A stretch of 64,000 nucleotides of DNA, taken from assembly GCA_039589315.1 (NCBI GenBank), contig JBDHHQ010000005.1, positions 1-64,000 on the forward strand, given 5' to 3'. The stretch's first letter is position 1; every line of letters starts with the position of its first letter. The notes below the pieces were generated by a model. That model saw nothing but the letters and a program-made list of their open reading frames with translations, did not search any database and was not told the origin of the DNA. The DNA is from Gemmatimonadota bacterium (lineage in GTDB: Bacteria > Gemmatimonadota > Gemmatimonadetes > Longimicrobiales > Gaopeijiaceae). Below are positions 20,112 through 29,344 of the stretch, in pieces. The position numbers were made by a program, and so were the translations under genes.

Positions 20112-21409
20112 GCCTCGAGGGAGGGTTGGCCGCACAGGAGGACCGCCTGCTCGGCTGCGTCCACTGCGGGTTCTGCCTGCCCGCCTGTCCGACGTACGTG
20201 CGGCTGGGTGACGAGGCGGACTCGCCACGGGGCCGACTCTACCTCATGCGGGCCGTCGCCGAGGGGCGCTTGGATCCTGCCGCGGACGCCTTCCAGGAGC
20301 ACATCGACAGGTGCTTGGGGTGCCGGGCATGCGAGAGCGTGTGTCCCTCTGGGGTGGAGTACGGTCTGCTGCTGGAGCGAGCGCGGCAGGAGGCAGCCAG
20401 CGTACGTGGGCGGGGGGCGCTGACTCGGGTGACCCTGGCTGTCTTCAGCGCGCCTACCCTTCTTCGCATCGCGCTGACGGCCGCCCGCTGGCTCCGGAAT
20501 ACGGGTCTGCCCGGGTTGGCGGCGCGAGCTCTTCCCCGTTCCTTCTCCGGCGCCAAGTTGGCCCTCGGCATGCTGGCGGCGACCGCTCCGGCAAAGGGGG
20601 TCGCCCGCGGCCCTCTGGACCACCACGACGGTGGCGCCACCCCGACGCGGCCCGAAGGCCGGCGCACGGTGGCGCTTCTACACGGCTGTGTCCAGGCCGG
20701 CTTGTTCGCCCACGTGAACCGGGCCACCGCCCGGACCCTGTCGGCCAACGGATTCGAGGTCGTTCCCGCACCGGGGCAGCGGTGCTGCGGTGCCCTTCAC
20801 GCCCACGCCGGCGACCTGGAAACGGCGAGAACGCTCGCGCGTGCCAACCTCCAGGCGTTCGAAGCCACGGACGCCGACTTCGTCGCGGTGAACTCGGCCG
20901 GATGCGGAGCGACCATGAAGGAATACGGGCATCTGCTCGCGGAGGACTCCGAGCTTGCCGAGCGAGCCCGTCTCCTCTCCACCCGAACCCGTGACGTCTC
21001 CGAGCTGCTGGCCGAGGCTGGGCCCCGCAGGGGAGCGCCCGGCTCCGGGCGAGTGGCGTACGACGCGCCGTGCCACCTCCTCCATGGACAGGGTGTGGAC
21101 GTGGCGCCGCTCACGGTCCTCGAGGCGATTCCAGGCGTCGAGATCGTCCCAACGAACAGTGCGGCCGAATGTTGCGGGGGCGCCGGCATCTACGCCATGA
21201 CCCATCCGGAGCTCGGCGGGGAGATCGGTCGGGACAAGGTGACCGACGTGCTGTCGTCCGGGGCAGCCGTGGTCGTCACCGGCAATCCAGGGTGCATCAT
21301 GCAGATCGGAGCCGAGCTCAGGGCCCGCGGCAGCGAGATTCGGGTATCACACCCGGTGGAGCTGCTGGATGAGAGCTACCGGGCGGCGGGGTACTACGGC
21401 CCCTCGTGA
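20108..21409 (+). CDS. glcF: glycolate oxidase Fe-S subunit GlcF
   Basis: CVHCGFCLPACPTY, SPRGR, CLGCRACESVCPSGV, two CCG domains; GTG 20108 coupled to ALDH stop. Confidence 0.9.
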   Translation: MSLEGGLAAQEDRLLGCVHCGFCLPACPTYVRLGDEADSPRGRLYLMRAVAEGRLDPAADAFQEHIDRCLGCRACESVCPSGVEYGLLLERARQEAASVRGRGALTRVTLAVFSAPTLLRIALTAARWLRNTGLPGLAARALPRSFSGAKLALGMLAATAPAKGVARGPLDHHDGGATPTRPEGRRTVALLHGCVQAGLFAHVNRATARTLSANGFEVVPAPGQRCCGALHAHAGDLETARTLARANLQAFEATDADFVAVNSAGCGATMKEYGHLLAEDSELAERARLLSTRTRDVSELLAEAGPRRGAPGSGRVAYDAPCHLLHGQGVDVAPLTVLEAIPGVEIVPTNSAAECCGGAGIYAMTHPELGGEIGRDKVTDVLSSGAAVVVTGNPGCIMQIGAELRARGSEIRVSHPVELLDESYRAAGYYGPS

Positions 21410-21479
21410 CACCCGGAAATCCGTGGCCCATACTCACACCGGGTAAACGACGGCAGCGCTGCCAAGGAGCTCAGGTCAG

Positions 21480-22091
21480 ATGACAACGATTCCCAATGGC
21501 CACACGGTGTCTCTGAACGTGGATCGCCCGATCTGGAACAGGTTCTTTACGGTCTCGCCCCTGGTGGTGATCGGAACCAAGGAACGGAAGGGGTACGATC
21601 TCGCGCCCAAGCACCTGGCGCTGCCCATGGGATGGGAGAACTACTTCGGCTTCGTCTGCTCCCCCCGCCACGCCACGTACCACAACGCGGAGCGAACGGG
21701 TGCGTTCACCGTGAGCTATCCGCGGCCGGACCAGGTCGTCCTGGCCAGCATCGCGGCCGTGCCTCCATGTGACGACGAAGAGGCGCATCGGCCCAAGATG
21801 GCCATGCTGCCGACGGTCATGGCGGAGGCGGTGGATGGCGTGTTGTTGGCCGATGCCTACGCGTTCCTCGAGTGCGAGCTCGAGCGGGTCGTCGACGGCT
21901 TCGGGCCCAACAGCCTGATCGTGGGGCGTGTGGTAGCAGCTCGCGTCGACGCCGAGGCCTTGAGGACGTCGGACGGGAGTGATGGCGCCCTGCTGCAGCA
22001 CGCGCCCCTCCTGGCCTACGTCGCGCCAGGCAGGTACGCGTCGGTCAAGGCGAGTCACGCCTTCCCCTTCCCCGCGGACTTCCATCGCTGA
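21480..22091 (+). CDS. flavin reductase-like FMN-binding (DIM6/NTAB-type) protein
   Basis: PLVVIGT...DLAP, HATYHN...GAFTVSYP, LECEL, LIVGRVV. Confidence 0.7.
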   Translation: MTTIPNGHTVSLNVDRPIWNRFFTVSPLVVIGTKERKGYDLAPKHLALPMGWENYFGFVCSPRHATYHNAERTGAFTVSYPRPDQVVLASIAAVPPCDDEEAHRPKMAMLPTVMAEAVDGVLLADAYAFLECELERVVDGFGPNSLIVGRVVAARVDAEALRTSDGSDGALLQHAPLLAYVAPGRYASVKASHAFPFPADFHR

Positions 22092-22095
22092 TCCC

Positions 22096-23319
22096 ATGTC
22101 GGTGAATCACCTCGAGCTCGGCCGCGTCCGCGATCATCTGGAGACTCAGCGCTCCCGGATGGCGCAGTTCCTCTCCGAGCTGGTGGCAGCGGAGTCGCCC
22201 TCCACCCATCCCGAGGCTCAGGGCCATGTCATGGACCTGATCTCGTGGTCGCTGGAGGAAGTGGACTATCGGGTCCGCCTGCTGCCGGGTCGGCGAACGG
22301 GTGGCCACCTGTTCGCCCGACCCCTCGGCCACGTCCAGAAGCGGCGGCTCCAGCTCCTGGTGGGCCACTGCGACACCGTATGGCCGCTGGGGACGGTCAA
22401 GCGCATGCCGGTGGAGCTGGAAGGGGACATCCTGCGGGGCCCGGGGGCCTTCGACATGAAGGGCGGGCTCACCCAGATGATCTATGCGCTCCGGGCACTC
22501 CATGAGCTGGGTCTGGAGCCTCGGGTGACCCCGGTGGTGCTCGTCAACTCGGACGAGGAGGTGGGCAGCTTCGAGTCGGAGCGTTGGATACGGCTCCTGG
22601 CGCGCCGTTCCGACCGGGCCATGGTGCTCGAGCCGGCCCTGGGCCAGGAGGGGCGGATCAAGACCGCGCGCAAGGGCATCGGGCAGTTCCGCATCACGAT
22701 CAAGGGCGTGAGCGCCCACACCGGGTTGGATCCGGGGAAGGGCGCCAGTGCGATCCAGGAGCTGTCCCACGTGGTGTTGGCCCTTCATGGCCTCACGGAC
22801 CTGGACCGAGGCATCACGGTCAACGTCGGCCAGATCGAGGGTGGCTTCCGCCCCAACGTGGTCGCGCCCGACAGCAGTGCCGTGGTGGATGTCCGCGTGC
22901 CTACGATGGCCATGGGCCGCGAGGTCGAGGCGGCCATCCGGGCGATTCAGCCCATCACCCCTGGGACGAGCATCGAGGTGGAGGGCAGCGTGGACCGTCC
23001 GCCCCTCGAGCGCACGCCCCGGAACCGACGCTTCTGGGCGGCCGCGCGGGAGGTGGCCGACGCCTTGGGGATCGAGGTGGAGGAAGGAGCCGCAGGCGGC
23101 GGCTCGGACGGCAACACCACCAGCCAGTTCACACCGACCCTCGATGGACTCGGATCGGTGGGGGACGGGGCCCACGCCGTGCACGAGCACGTCAGGGTGG
23201 ACCGCATGGCGGAGCGGGCCGCGCTCCTCGCGGGGCTCCTCCTCCTTCCACCCTTTGGCGCCGACGGACCAGCCGAGGACGGAGTCGGCCGGGTGGGCGG
23301 GAGCGGAGAGTCGGCTTGA
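22096..23319 (+). CDS. M20 family metallopeptidase / N-acyl-amino-acid deacylase (carboxypeptidase G2-like)
   Basis: GHCDTVW, GPGAFDMKGG, SDEEVGS, VLEP, GGGSDGN, DGLG..GDGAHAVHEH. Confidence 0.9.
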   Translation: MSVNHLELGRVRDHLETQRSRMAQFLSELVAAESPSTHPEAQGHVMDLISWSLEEVDYRVRLLPGRRTGGHLFARPLGHVQKRRLQLLVGHCDTVWPLGTVKRMPVELEGDILRGPGAFDMKGGLTQMIYALRALHELGLEPRVTPVVLVNSDEEVGSFESERWIRLLARRSDRAMVLEPALGQEGRIKTARKGIGQFRITIKGVSAHTGLDPGKGASAIQELSHVVLALHGLTDLDRGITVNVGQIEGGFRPNVVAPDSSAVVDVRVPTMAMGREVEAAIRAIQPITPGTSIEVEGSVDRPPLERTPRNRRFWAAAREVADALGIEVEEGAAGGGSDGNTTSQFTPTLDGLGSVGDGAHAVHEHVRVDRMAERAALLAGLLLLPPFGADGPAEDGVGRVGGSGESA

Positions 23320-24338
23320 GCCTGCGTTACGTCTTCACCTCCCTAACCCGTATCTCCGACCTGGCAGAGCGGGACTTCGCCGCGGAGACCGTCGACCGGT
23401 CCGAGTGGGAGACCGGGGACTACGTCGTGGTCGAGGTGGAGAGTCGCGCGAACCTGTACCCCATCGAGCTGCCCAACGGTCGGTTGACCGAGGTGGCCGA
23501 AGGCGACCTGTTGGTGGGAGCCCTGGGAGAGCGGTACGCGACCCTCGAGGCCACGGGTACCTGGCGCGAAGTGGGAGAGGACGGCCGCATGGACGTCCTG
23601 GGCGGGGGCGGTATCCTCGGCCGTTGCACGTCCCGGTCCCTCCTGTTGAACCCGCTGATTCGGGTGCGCTACCGGGGTCACGTGATCGTCGACGAGCACA
23701 GGGCTCGTATGCGGGACTATGCGGCCCGTGGCACGGCGGGGACCGTCTACGAGACTCCGACGGTCCTGATCATCGGGACGTCCATGTCCGCCGGCAAGAC
23801 GACCGCCGCCCGCGTCATCGTCAGAATGCTCAAGTCCTGGGGACTCAAGGTCCTGGGCGCCAAGCTCACGGGGGCGGGACGCTACCGGGACATCCTGGCC
23901 ATGGGCGACGCGGGCGCCGACCGCATCGTGGACTTCGTGGACGCCGGACTCCCGTCCACCATTTGCAGTCCCGAAGAGTACCGCCAGGTCGTGGGAGGGC
24001 TCATATCTCTCATGGCCGAGGTGCCGGCCGACGTGGCGGTGGTGGAGGCCGGCGCCTCACCGCTGGAGCCCTACAACGGTGCTGTCGCCGTCGAGCTGCT
24101 GAGACCGACCGTGCGGTGCACCGTCCTGTGCGCGTCGGATCCGTACGCGGTCCTCGGAGTCATGACCGCGTTCGACGCCCACCCGGGGCTCGTGACGGGC
24201 ACGGCCTCGAATACCGACGCGGGGATGGCGCTGGTGCGGGAGCTGACGGGCCTCGAAGCCCTGAACGTGCTGGACAAACGGTCGCTGCCGCGCCTCGAGG
24301 AGATTCTTCGGACGTCGCTTTCGCTGGAGACTGCGTGA
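23316..24338 (+). CDS. DUF1611-like P-loop domain protein
   Basis: TTG 23316 overlaps the M20 stop; P-loop GTSMSAGKTT, GAKLTGAGRYRD, DFVDAGLPST. Confidence 0.65.
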   Translation: MSLRYVFTSLTRISDLAERDFAAETVDRSEWETGDYVVVEVESRANLYPIELPNGRLTEVAEGDLLVGALGERYATLEATGTWREVGEDGRMDVLGGGGILGRCTSRSLLLNPLIRVRYRGHVIVDEHRARMRDYAARGTAGTVYETPTVLIIGTSMSAGKTTAARVIVRMLKSWGLKVLGAKLTGAGRYRDILAMGDAGADRIVDFVDAGLPSTICSPEEYRQVVGGLISLMAEVPADVAVVEAGASPLEPYNGAVAVELLRPTVRCTVLCASDPYAVLGVMTAFDAHPGLVTGTASNTDAGMALVRELTGLEALNVLDKRSLPRLEEILRTSLSLETA

Positions 24339-25195
24339 CGGGCCCCGGAGACGCGGACGATCGCCACCGGATTCGCCCCTTCCGTACCCTCGAGGAGCAC
24401 CGGGCCTGCGTAGCGCTCCAGGAAGCCACCTGGGGGGAGGGATTCTCGGAGCGGGTGCCGACCGCCATTCTCCAGGTAACCCAACGGCTGGGAGGGGTCG
24501 CGGCCGGAGCGTTCGACGCGTCGGGGCGGCTCGTGGGCTTCGTTTTCGGGATGACGGGGTTGGACGAGGAGGGGGTCGTGCACTGGTCGGACATGCTCGC
24601 CGTTCGCCCCGCCGAGCGGGACTCGGGGCTGGGGCGGAGGCTGAAGGCGTATCAGCGGGCCGTGCTCCTGGAGCGAGGCATCAGCAGGATGCTGTGGACC
24701 TTCGATCCACTGCAGTCCAGGAACGCCTATCTGAACCTCATGAAGCTCGGCGCGGTGGCCCGGGAGTACGTCCGGGACATGTACGGTGAGACCGACTCGC
24801 CGCTGCACCGGGGCATTGGGACGGACCGACTGGTGGCACTCTGGCTTATGGACTCGGAGCGGGTACGGAAGCGGATGACGGGTGGTGCGCGACACGCCGG
24901 CCCTGCCCTGTCGGATGCGGCCCCGGCCCTGAGCGCCGAGTCCCGGACGAGCGCGCCGTACGCCAGTCCGGGGCGTGAGCGACCGGAGTTGGACGAGGGG
25001 GTCGTATCGGTGGCCATCCCCGCGGAGTTGGACGCGCTGAAGCGTGACGACCCCGGGCTGGCCGCGGCCTGGCGCCAAGCTACGCGCCGGGTCATCGAAC
25101 CGTACCTGAAGCGGGGATACGAGGTTCAGGAGCTGGTCCGGGACGGGCCTGTCTCCCACTACCTGCTCATGGAGAGGAAGGTGGATGAGGATTGA
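24335..25195 (+). CDS. GNAT family acyltransferase (NSAR-associated, probable D-amino-acid N-succinyltransferase)
   Basis: GTGA-coupled; LQEATWG, HWSDMLAV...RDSGLGRRLK, WTFDPLQSRNAYLN..KLGA, TDRL. Confidence 0.85.
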   Translation: MTGPGDADDRHRIRPFRTLEEHRACVALQEATWGEGFSERVPTAILQVTQRLGGVAAGAFDASGRLVGFVFGMTGLDEEGVVHWSDMLAVRPAERDSGLGRRLKAYQRAVLLERGISRMLWTFDPLQSRNAYLNLMKLGAVAREYVRDMYGETDSPLHRGIGTDRLVALWLMDSERVRKRMTGGARHAGPALSDAAPALSAESRTSAPYASPGRERPELDEGVVSVAIPAELDALKRDDPGLAAAWRQATRRVIEPYLKRGYEVQELVRDGPVSHYLLMERKVDED

Positions 25196-26291
25196 ACGGG
25201 TGGAGCTGCGCGAGGTCCCGCTTCCCCTGCGGGAGCGCTTCGAGATCAGCAGCGGCTGGCGGCGTGACCGTCGCATCATGCTGCTGACGGTGTACGGCGA
25301 CGGCCACGCCGGCTGGGGTGAATGCGTCGCCGCCGAGGATCCCTCCTATTCGTACGAAACCACGGACACGGCCTGGCACATCCTGGAGACCCTCATCATC
25401 CCGGCCGTCCTGGGCTCCGAGCCCGACTCGGCCGCAGACGTACTGGCGCCCACGGAGTGGATTCGGGGCCACCGGATGGCGAAGGCCGCCATGGAGATGG
25501 CAGCCTGGGACCTGGAAGCGAAGATCCGGGACGTCCCGCTGCGGGGGCTGCTGGGTGGGGAGCGGGACGAGGTCGCCGTGGGCGTGAGCATCGGTCTGCA
25601 AGCCACAGACGACGCCCTGTTCGGGAAGATCGAGGGTCACCTCGAGCGGGGATACCGGAAGATCAAGATCAAGATCAAGCCGGGGCGTGACGTGGAGATG
25701 CTAGCCGCGGTTCGGCGCCGCTTCGGCGACGTTCCCCTCATGGCCGACGCGAACTCCGCCTACCGGTTGCATGACCTGCCGCGCCTGATGGAGCTCGACG
25801 GCCTCGGGCTGCTGATGATCGAGCAACCACTTGCGCATGACGACTACCTCGATCATGCGGAGCTCCAATCCCGGCTGACCACGCCGATCTGCCTGGACGA
25901 GTCGATCCGATCCGTGGACGACGCTCGCCTGGCGCTGAAGTTGAACAGCTGCCGTATCATCAACATCAAGCCCGGGAGGGTGGGAGGACTCGCGTCCTCG
26001 AAGCGCATCCACGACCTGTGCCAGGACGCTGGCGTCGCGGTGTGGTGCGGGGGCATGCTGGAGTCGGGGGTGGGGCGGGCGCACAACCTCGCGCTCGCGA
26101 CCCTGCCCGGGTTCACCATTCCCGGCGACATTTCCGAGAGCCGCAGGTACTGGGAGCGCGACATCGTGGAGCCCGAGTTCGAGATGTCCGACGGCATCAT
26201 GCGGGTGCCGGACGGCCCTGGGATCGCCGTCTCCCTGGACCTCGAGAGGATCGACACAATGGTGGACCGCAAGGACGTGTTCAGCGCCTGA
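25185..26291 (+). CDS. menC: o-succinylbenzoate synthase / N-succinylamino acid racemase (NSAR/OSBS subfamily, enolase superfamily)
   Basis: KxK (KIKIKP), ADANSAY, IEQP, LDES, NIKPGRVGG, WCGGMLESGVGRAHN, PGDIS. Confidence 0.9.
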   Translation: MRIERVELREVPLPLRERFEISSGWRRDRRIMLLTVYGDGHAGWGECVAAEDPSYSYETTDTAWHILETLIIPAVLGSEPDSAADVLAPTEWIRGHRMAKAAMEMAAWDLEAKIRDVPLRGLLGGERDEVAVGVSIGLQATDDALFGKIEGHLERGYRKIKIKIKPGRDVEMLAAVRRRFGDVPLMADANSAYRLHDLPRLMELDGLGLLMIEQPLAHDDYLDHAELQSRLTTPICLDESIRSVDDARLALKLNSCRIINIKPGRVGGLASSKRIHDLCQDAGVAVWCGGMLESGVGRAHNLALATLPGFTIPGDISESRRYWERDIVEPEFEMSDGIMRVPDGPGIAVSLDLERIDTMVDRKDVFSA

Positions 26292-26428
26292 GGCCCCGAG
26301 GGTCGGCTTCACTTCGCTGTGCCCCCTGCCGAAACACAAGAAGAGGAGAGGTCGGCGCGAACCCACGCACCCATTCGGGTGTTTTCCAGAATGGAGGGGA
26401 GGCGCCGGACGCGGCAGGAGGAGCAGGC

Positions 26429-27145
26429 ATGATCCTTCCCACGACTCGCGCTTCACTCGGGCGTCAGGAGGCCCAGCACCTGGTTCAGTTGCTGGGCAAG
26501 GGAGACACGGAGCTGAGAAGGGGCGCCGAAAGGCGCCTCGAAGAGCACGGTGTGGACAGCCTGCTGGACGACCCGCGACTCCTCAACGCCCTCCTGACCG
26601 ACTCGGACGTCTCGGCTCCACCGGCGTTGATCTTCTATGTCCTGGTGCGCCATGCCCTCCTCGAGGGGGGGATCGACGACCGCGCGCTCGCGGACTACGT
26701 ATCCTCGATGGTGCTCAACTTCGGTCGTGGCCGGCGGGCGTACCGGATCTCGGAGAAGGCCGAAGAGGAGTTTCGTTATCTCGTGGACGTCGTGACGTCG
26801 CTGGGTGAAGCCGGCGAACGGAAGGCGTTCCTTCTCCGAGCCCACCTGGGCAACTACTCCTTGTGGATCTCGGGCCTCTTCCCCGACTATCTACAGGCGC
26901 GCGTCCGCCGGAGGGGTGCCCCGCCGATTCGCTACTACGAGCAGATGGGGTCGGCGGGCTACCGCATGGCGTCGGAGAGTCCCCAGGCCGAAGCGCTCGG
27001 GATGGAGCAGGTATTTCGAGACGTGTCCGACCACTTCGGAGGCGTCCGCAAGGCCTTGAACCGGCTGTCCGACCGGTACCTCTGGCCCCGCGCCGGAGAT
27101 CCCGTGGAGCGTCTGCTTCGGGACGTGTTGAACGGCGACAAGTAA
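26429..27145 (+). CDS. conserved hypothetical protein
   Basis: GGAG RBS, coding-like composition; ADYV..., AHLGNYSLWISGLFPDY, YYEQMG..GYR; no function recognised. Confidence 0.75.
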   Translation: MILPTTRASLGRQEAQHLVQLLGKGDTELRRGAERRLEEHGVDSLLDDPRLLNALLTDSDVSAPPALIFYVLVRHALLEGGIDDRALADYVSSMVLNFGRGRRAYRISEKAEEEFRYLVDVVTSLGEAGERKAFLLRAHLGNYSLWISGLFPDYLQARVRRRGAPPIRYYEQMGSAGYRMASESPQAEALGMEQVFRDVSDHFGGVRKALNRLSDRYLWPRAGDPVERLLRDVLNGDK

Positions 27146-27189
27146 CGGCCTCTCCGGCTCCCCCTCGGCTGGAATGGCCCCGGGAAGGA

Positions 27190-27519
27190 GTGATCGTGCC
27201 CGCAGGAGATGGCCCCACGCCTCATGGCTCGCCGGCGGTGTGCCCGCACTGCTGGATGGTAAACCCCGGACCGTTCCGCCTCTGCGGGCGCTGCGGTGCC
27301 GATATGCGCACGATCCTCCAGGAATCGGGGGGGCTCCGGCGCGTGGCTCCGGTACAGAGCCCCGTACCCGTGGGTGCCGGCCACCGCCTGCGCACCAGCC
27401 AGCGTGTGATCCTGGGGGTGTTCGTCGCGCTGATGGCGGCGTGGTACCTGGCCCCCCTGGTCTTCGGCGTTCGGGCTCCCTCCGGGCCGACACCGCCTGC
27501 GGCGGCCCAGGGCTACTAG
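27190..27519 (+). CDS. small zinc-ribbon membrane protein
   Basis: CPHC-X10-CGRC followed by one TM helix (VILGVFVALMAAWYLAPLVF); start uncertain. Confidence 0.6.
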   Translation: MIVPAGDGPTPHGSPAVCPHCWMVNPGPFRLCGRCGADMRTILQESGGLRRVAPVQSPVPVGAGHRLRTSQRVILGVFVALMAAWYLAPLVFGVRAPSGPTPPAAAQGY

Positions 27520-27571
27520 GGTCGTGGAGGTTGGCCCAGTCGCGTCACGGCAGGATTCTCGCCCAGCCGGA

Positions 27572-29329
27572 CTAGGATCGGGCGGGTCGAAGACACCACG
27601 GACAGAATCGCCAGGGCGCGCGCAGCGGGCGCCCACAGGCACACTCTCGCCGTAGCCGGCAGCCACAGGCGGGACACCCCAGCGCGCCGGGCGGTACCCC
27701 TCCCCCGCAACGACCGCAGGGACGACCCGCTCCCGGCTCGCCCATGACGACCCGGGAGACCTCGTGCGGTGCAGTGACGCCCTCGGCCACCTTCCGGAGG
27801 GCGTCCTCGGCCATCAGCGACATGCCGCCCGCGCGAGCGAGCCGTCTCATGGCAATGGCCGAGGCTCCACCCACGACCTCCTCCCGCAGCGCGTCGTCCA
27901 TGATGAGCACCTGGAAGACTCCCGTCCGACCGTCGTACCCATCGGCGCATCGGTCACACCGCTCCGCCTCCCGCCCTCTGCAGTGGCGGCACAGCCGCCG
28001 CACCAGGCGCTGGGCGACCACGCCCGACAGCCCCCCCGCCACGAGGAACGGCGGGACGCCCATGTGGAGCAGGCGGGTGACGGCGCCTGGGGCATCGATG
28101 GTATGGATGGTGCTCAGGACCAGGTGGCCGGTGACGGCAGCGGCCATGGCGATCTCCGCCGTCTCGCGGTCACGGATCTCCCCGACCATGATGACGTCGG
28201 GATCCTGCCGGAGCACGGAGCGGAGAGCGGCCGGAAAGGTCAGACCCGCCGGAGGCCTCACCTGCACCTGGCTGGCGCCGTCGAGACGGTACTCCACCGG
28301 ATCCTCCAACGTCACCACGTTGAGCCGCCCGCGATCGACCTCTCCGAGAGCGCCGAACAACGTGGTGCTCTTACCGCTACCCGTGGGTCCCGCAGCCAGG
28401 ATCACCCCCTCGCCCTGAGCTACGAGGCGCCGCAACGCCGACAGGTCGGAGGGCGCCAGGCCCATGTCGTCCAGCCCGGCGGGCGCTTCGCCCGCATCCA
28501 GCAGGCGGGCCACCACCTTCTCGCCACTCGACGCGGGCAGGGTCGAGACGCGAAGCGTCAACTCGGTCCCCCCCGAGCGAAACGTGAGGCCGCCATCCTG
28601 GGGGCGCCGTTTCACCGCGATGTCCATGCCGGCCATGATCTTGATCCGCGAGACCACGGCCGAATGATTGCTGGTGGGCAGCCGCGCGACGCTCCGGAGC
28701 ACGCCATCCACCCGGAAGCGGACGTGGACGGCGTCGCCCGTGTGCTCGATGTGCACGTCCGACGCGCGCTCCGCCACGGCTCTGTGGAGGAGGCCGTCGA
28801 CGAGCCGCACCACCGGGGCAGCTCGGGCCGCTTCCTCCAACGCCCGTTGCGAGGCTGCTGGGACCACTCCGTCCGGTGACTGGCCGGCGGACCCCGGTTC
28901 GGAGCCGTACGCCAGCGCGTGTCCCTGGGCCACGGCGCTCTGGGACACCACGACGGGCTCCACCCTCCGCCCCGTGCGGAACTGGATGTCGTCGACTGTC
29001 TCCAGGTCCAGCGGGTCGGCCATGCCCAGGCTCAGGGAACGGCCGTCCGTGCGCAGGGGCAGCACCCGCCGCTCCCGGGCCATGGTCGGCGAGATGAGAC
29101 CGGCTGCGTCGGGATCGAACCGCAAAGGGGTGGCCGCATGGGCGAGGCCGAGCTGGAGGGCGAGACAGCGCGCCACCGTGTCTTCGTCGACCGAGCCCCG
29201 CTCGATCAGCACCTCGCCGAGGCGCCGCCCCGTCTTCCGCTGCTCCTCCAGGGCGGCGTCGACGGCCTCGCTCGGGACGTTCGCGTCTTCGACCAGAAGG
29301 CGCCCGAGGATCTTCGGCTTCGGCTGCAC
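27572..29329 (-). CDS. GspE/PilB family secretion ATPase with N-terminal MshEN and C-terminal double zinc ribbon
   Basis: RASDVHIE, RFRVDG, PQDG, GPTGSGKSTT, TLEDPVE, LRQDPDVIMVGEIRD, TGHLVLSTIH. Confidence 0.92.
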   Translation of the reverse strand: MQPKPKILGRLLVEDANVPSEAVDAALEEQRKTGRRLGEVLIERGSVDEDTVARCLALQLGLAHAATPLRFDPDAAGLISPTMARERRVLPLRTDGRSLSLGMADPLDLETVDDIQFRTGRRVEPVVVSQSAVAQGHALAYGSEPGSAGQSPDGVVPAASQRALEEAARAAPVVRLVDGLLHRAVAERASDVHIEHTGDAVHVRFRVDGVLRSVARLPTSNHSAVVSRIKIMAGMDIAVKRRPQDGGLTFRSGGTELTLRVSTLPASSGEKVVARLLDAGEAPAGLDDMGLAPSDLSALRRLVAQGEGVILAAGPTGSGKSTTLFGALGEVDRGRLNVVTLEDPVEYRLDGASQVQVRPPAGLTFPAALRSVLRQDPDVIMVGEIRDRETAEIAMAAAVTGHLVLSTIHTIDAPGAVTRLLHMGVPPFLVAGGLSGVVAQRLVRRLCRHCRGREAERCDRCADGYDGRTGVFQVLIMDDALREEVVGGASAIAMRRLARAGGMSLMAEDALRKVAEGVTAPHEVSRVVMGEPGAGRPCGRCGGGVPPGALGCPACGCRLRRECACGRPLRAPWRFCPWCLRPARS

Positions 29330-29344
29330 ACCTGACGGTACCGG

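Noticed and set aside
22748..25195. Apparent long fusion ORFs (815 aa here; also 4402-6345, 17838-20111, 50489-52819, 52660-54840)
   Set aside because: N-terminal parts are off-frame read-through of the neighbouring gene; true starts have an RBS or stop/start coupling further in
25185..26291. Menaquinone biosynthesis cluster
   Set aside because: No other men genes in the window; GNAT/M20 context points to racemase function
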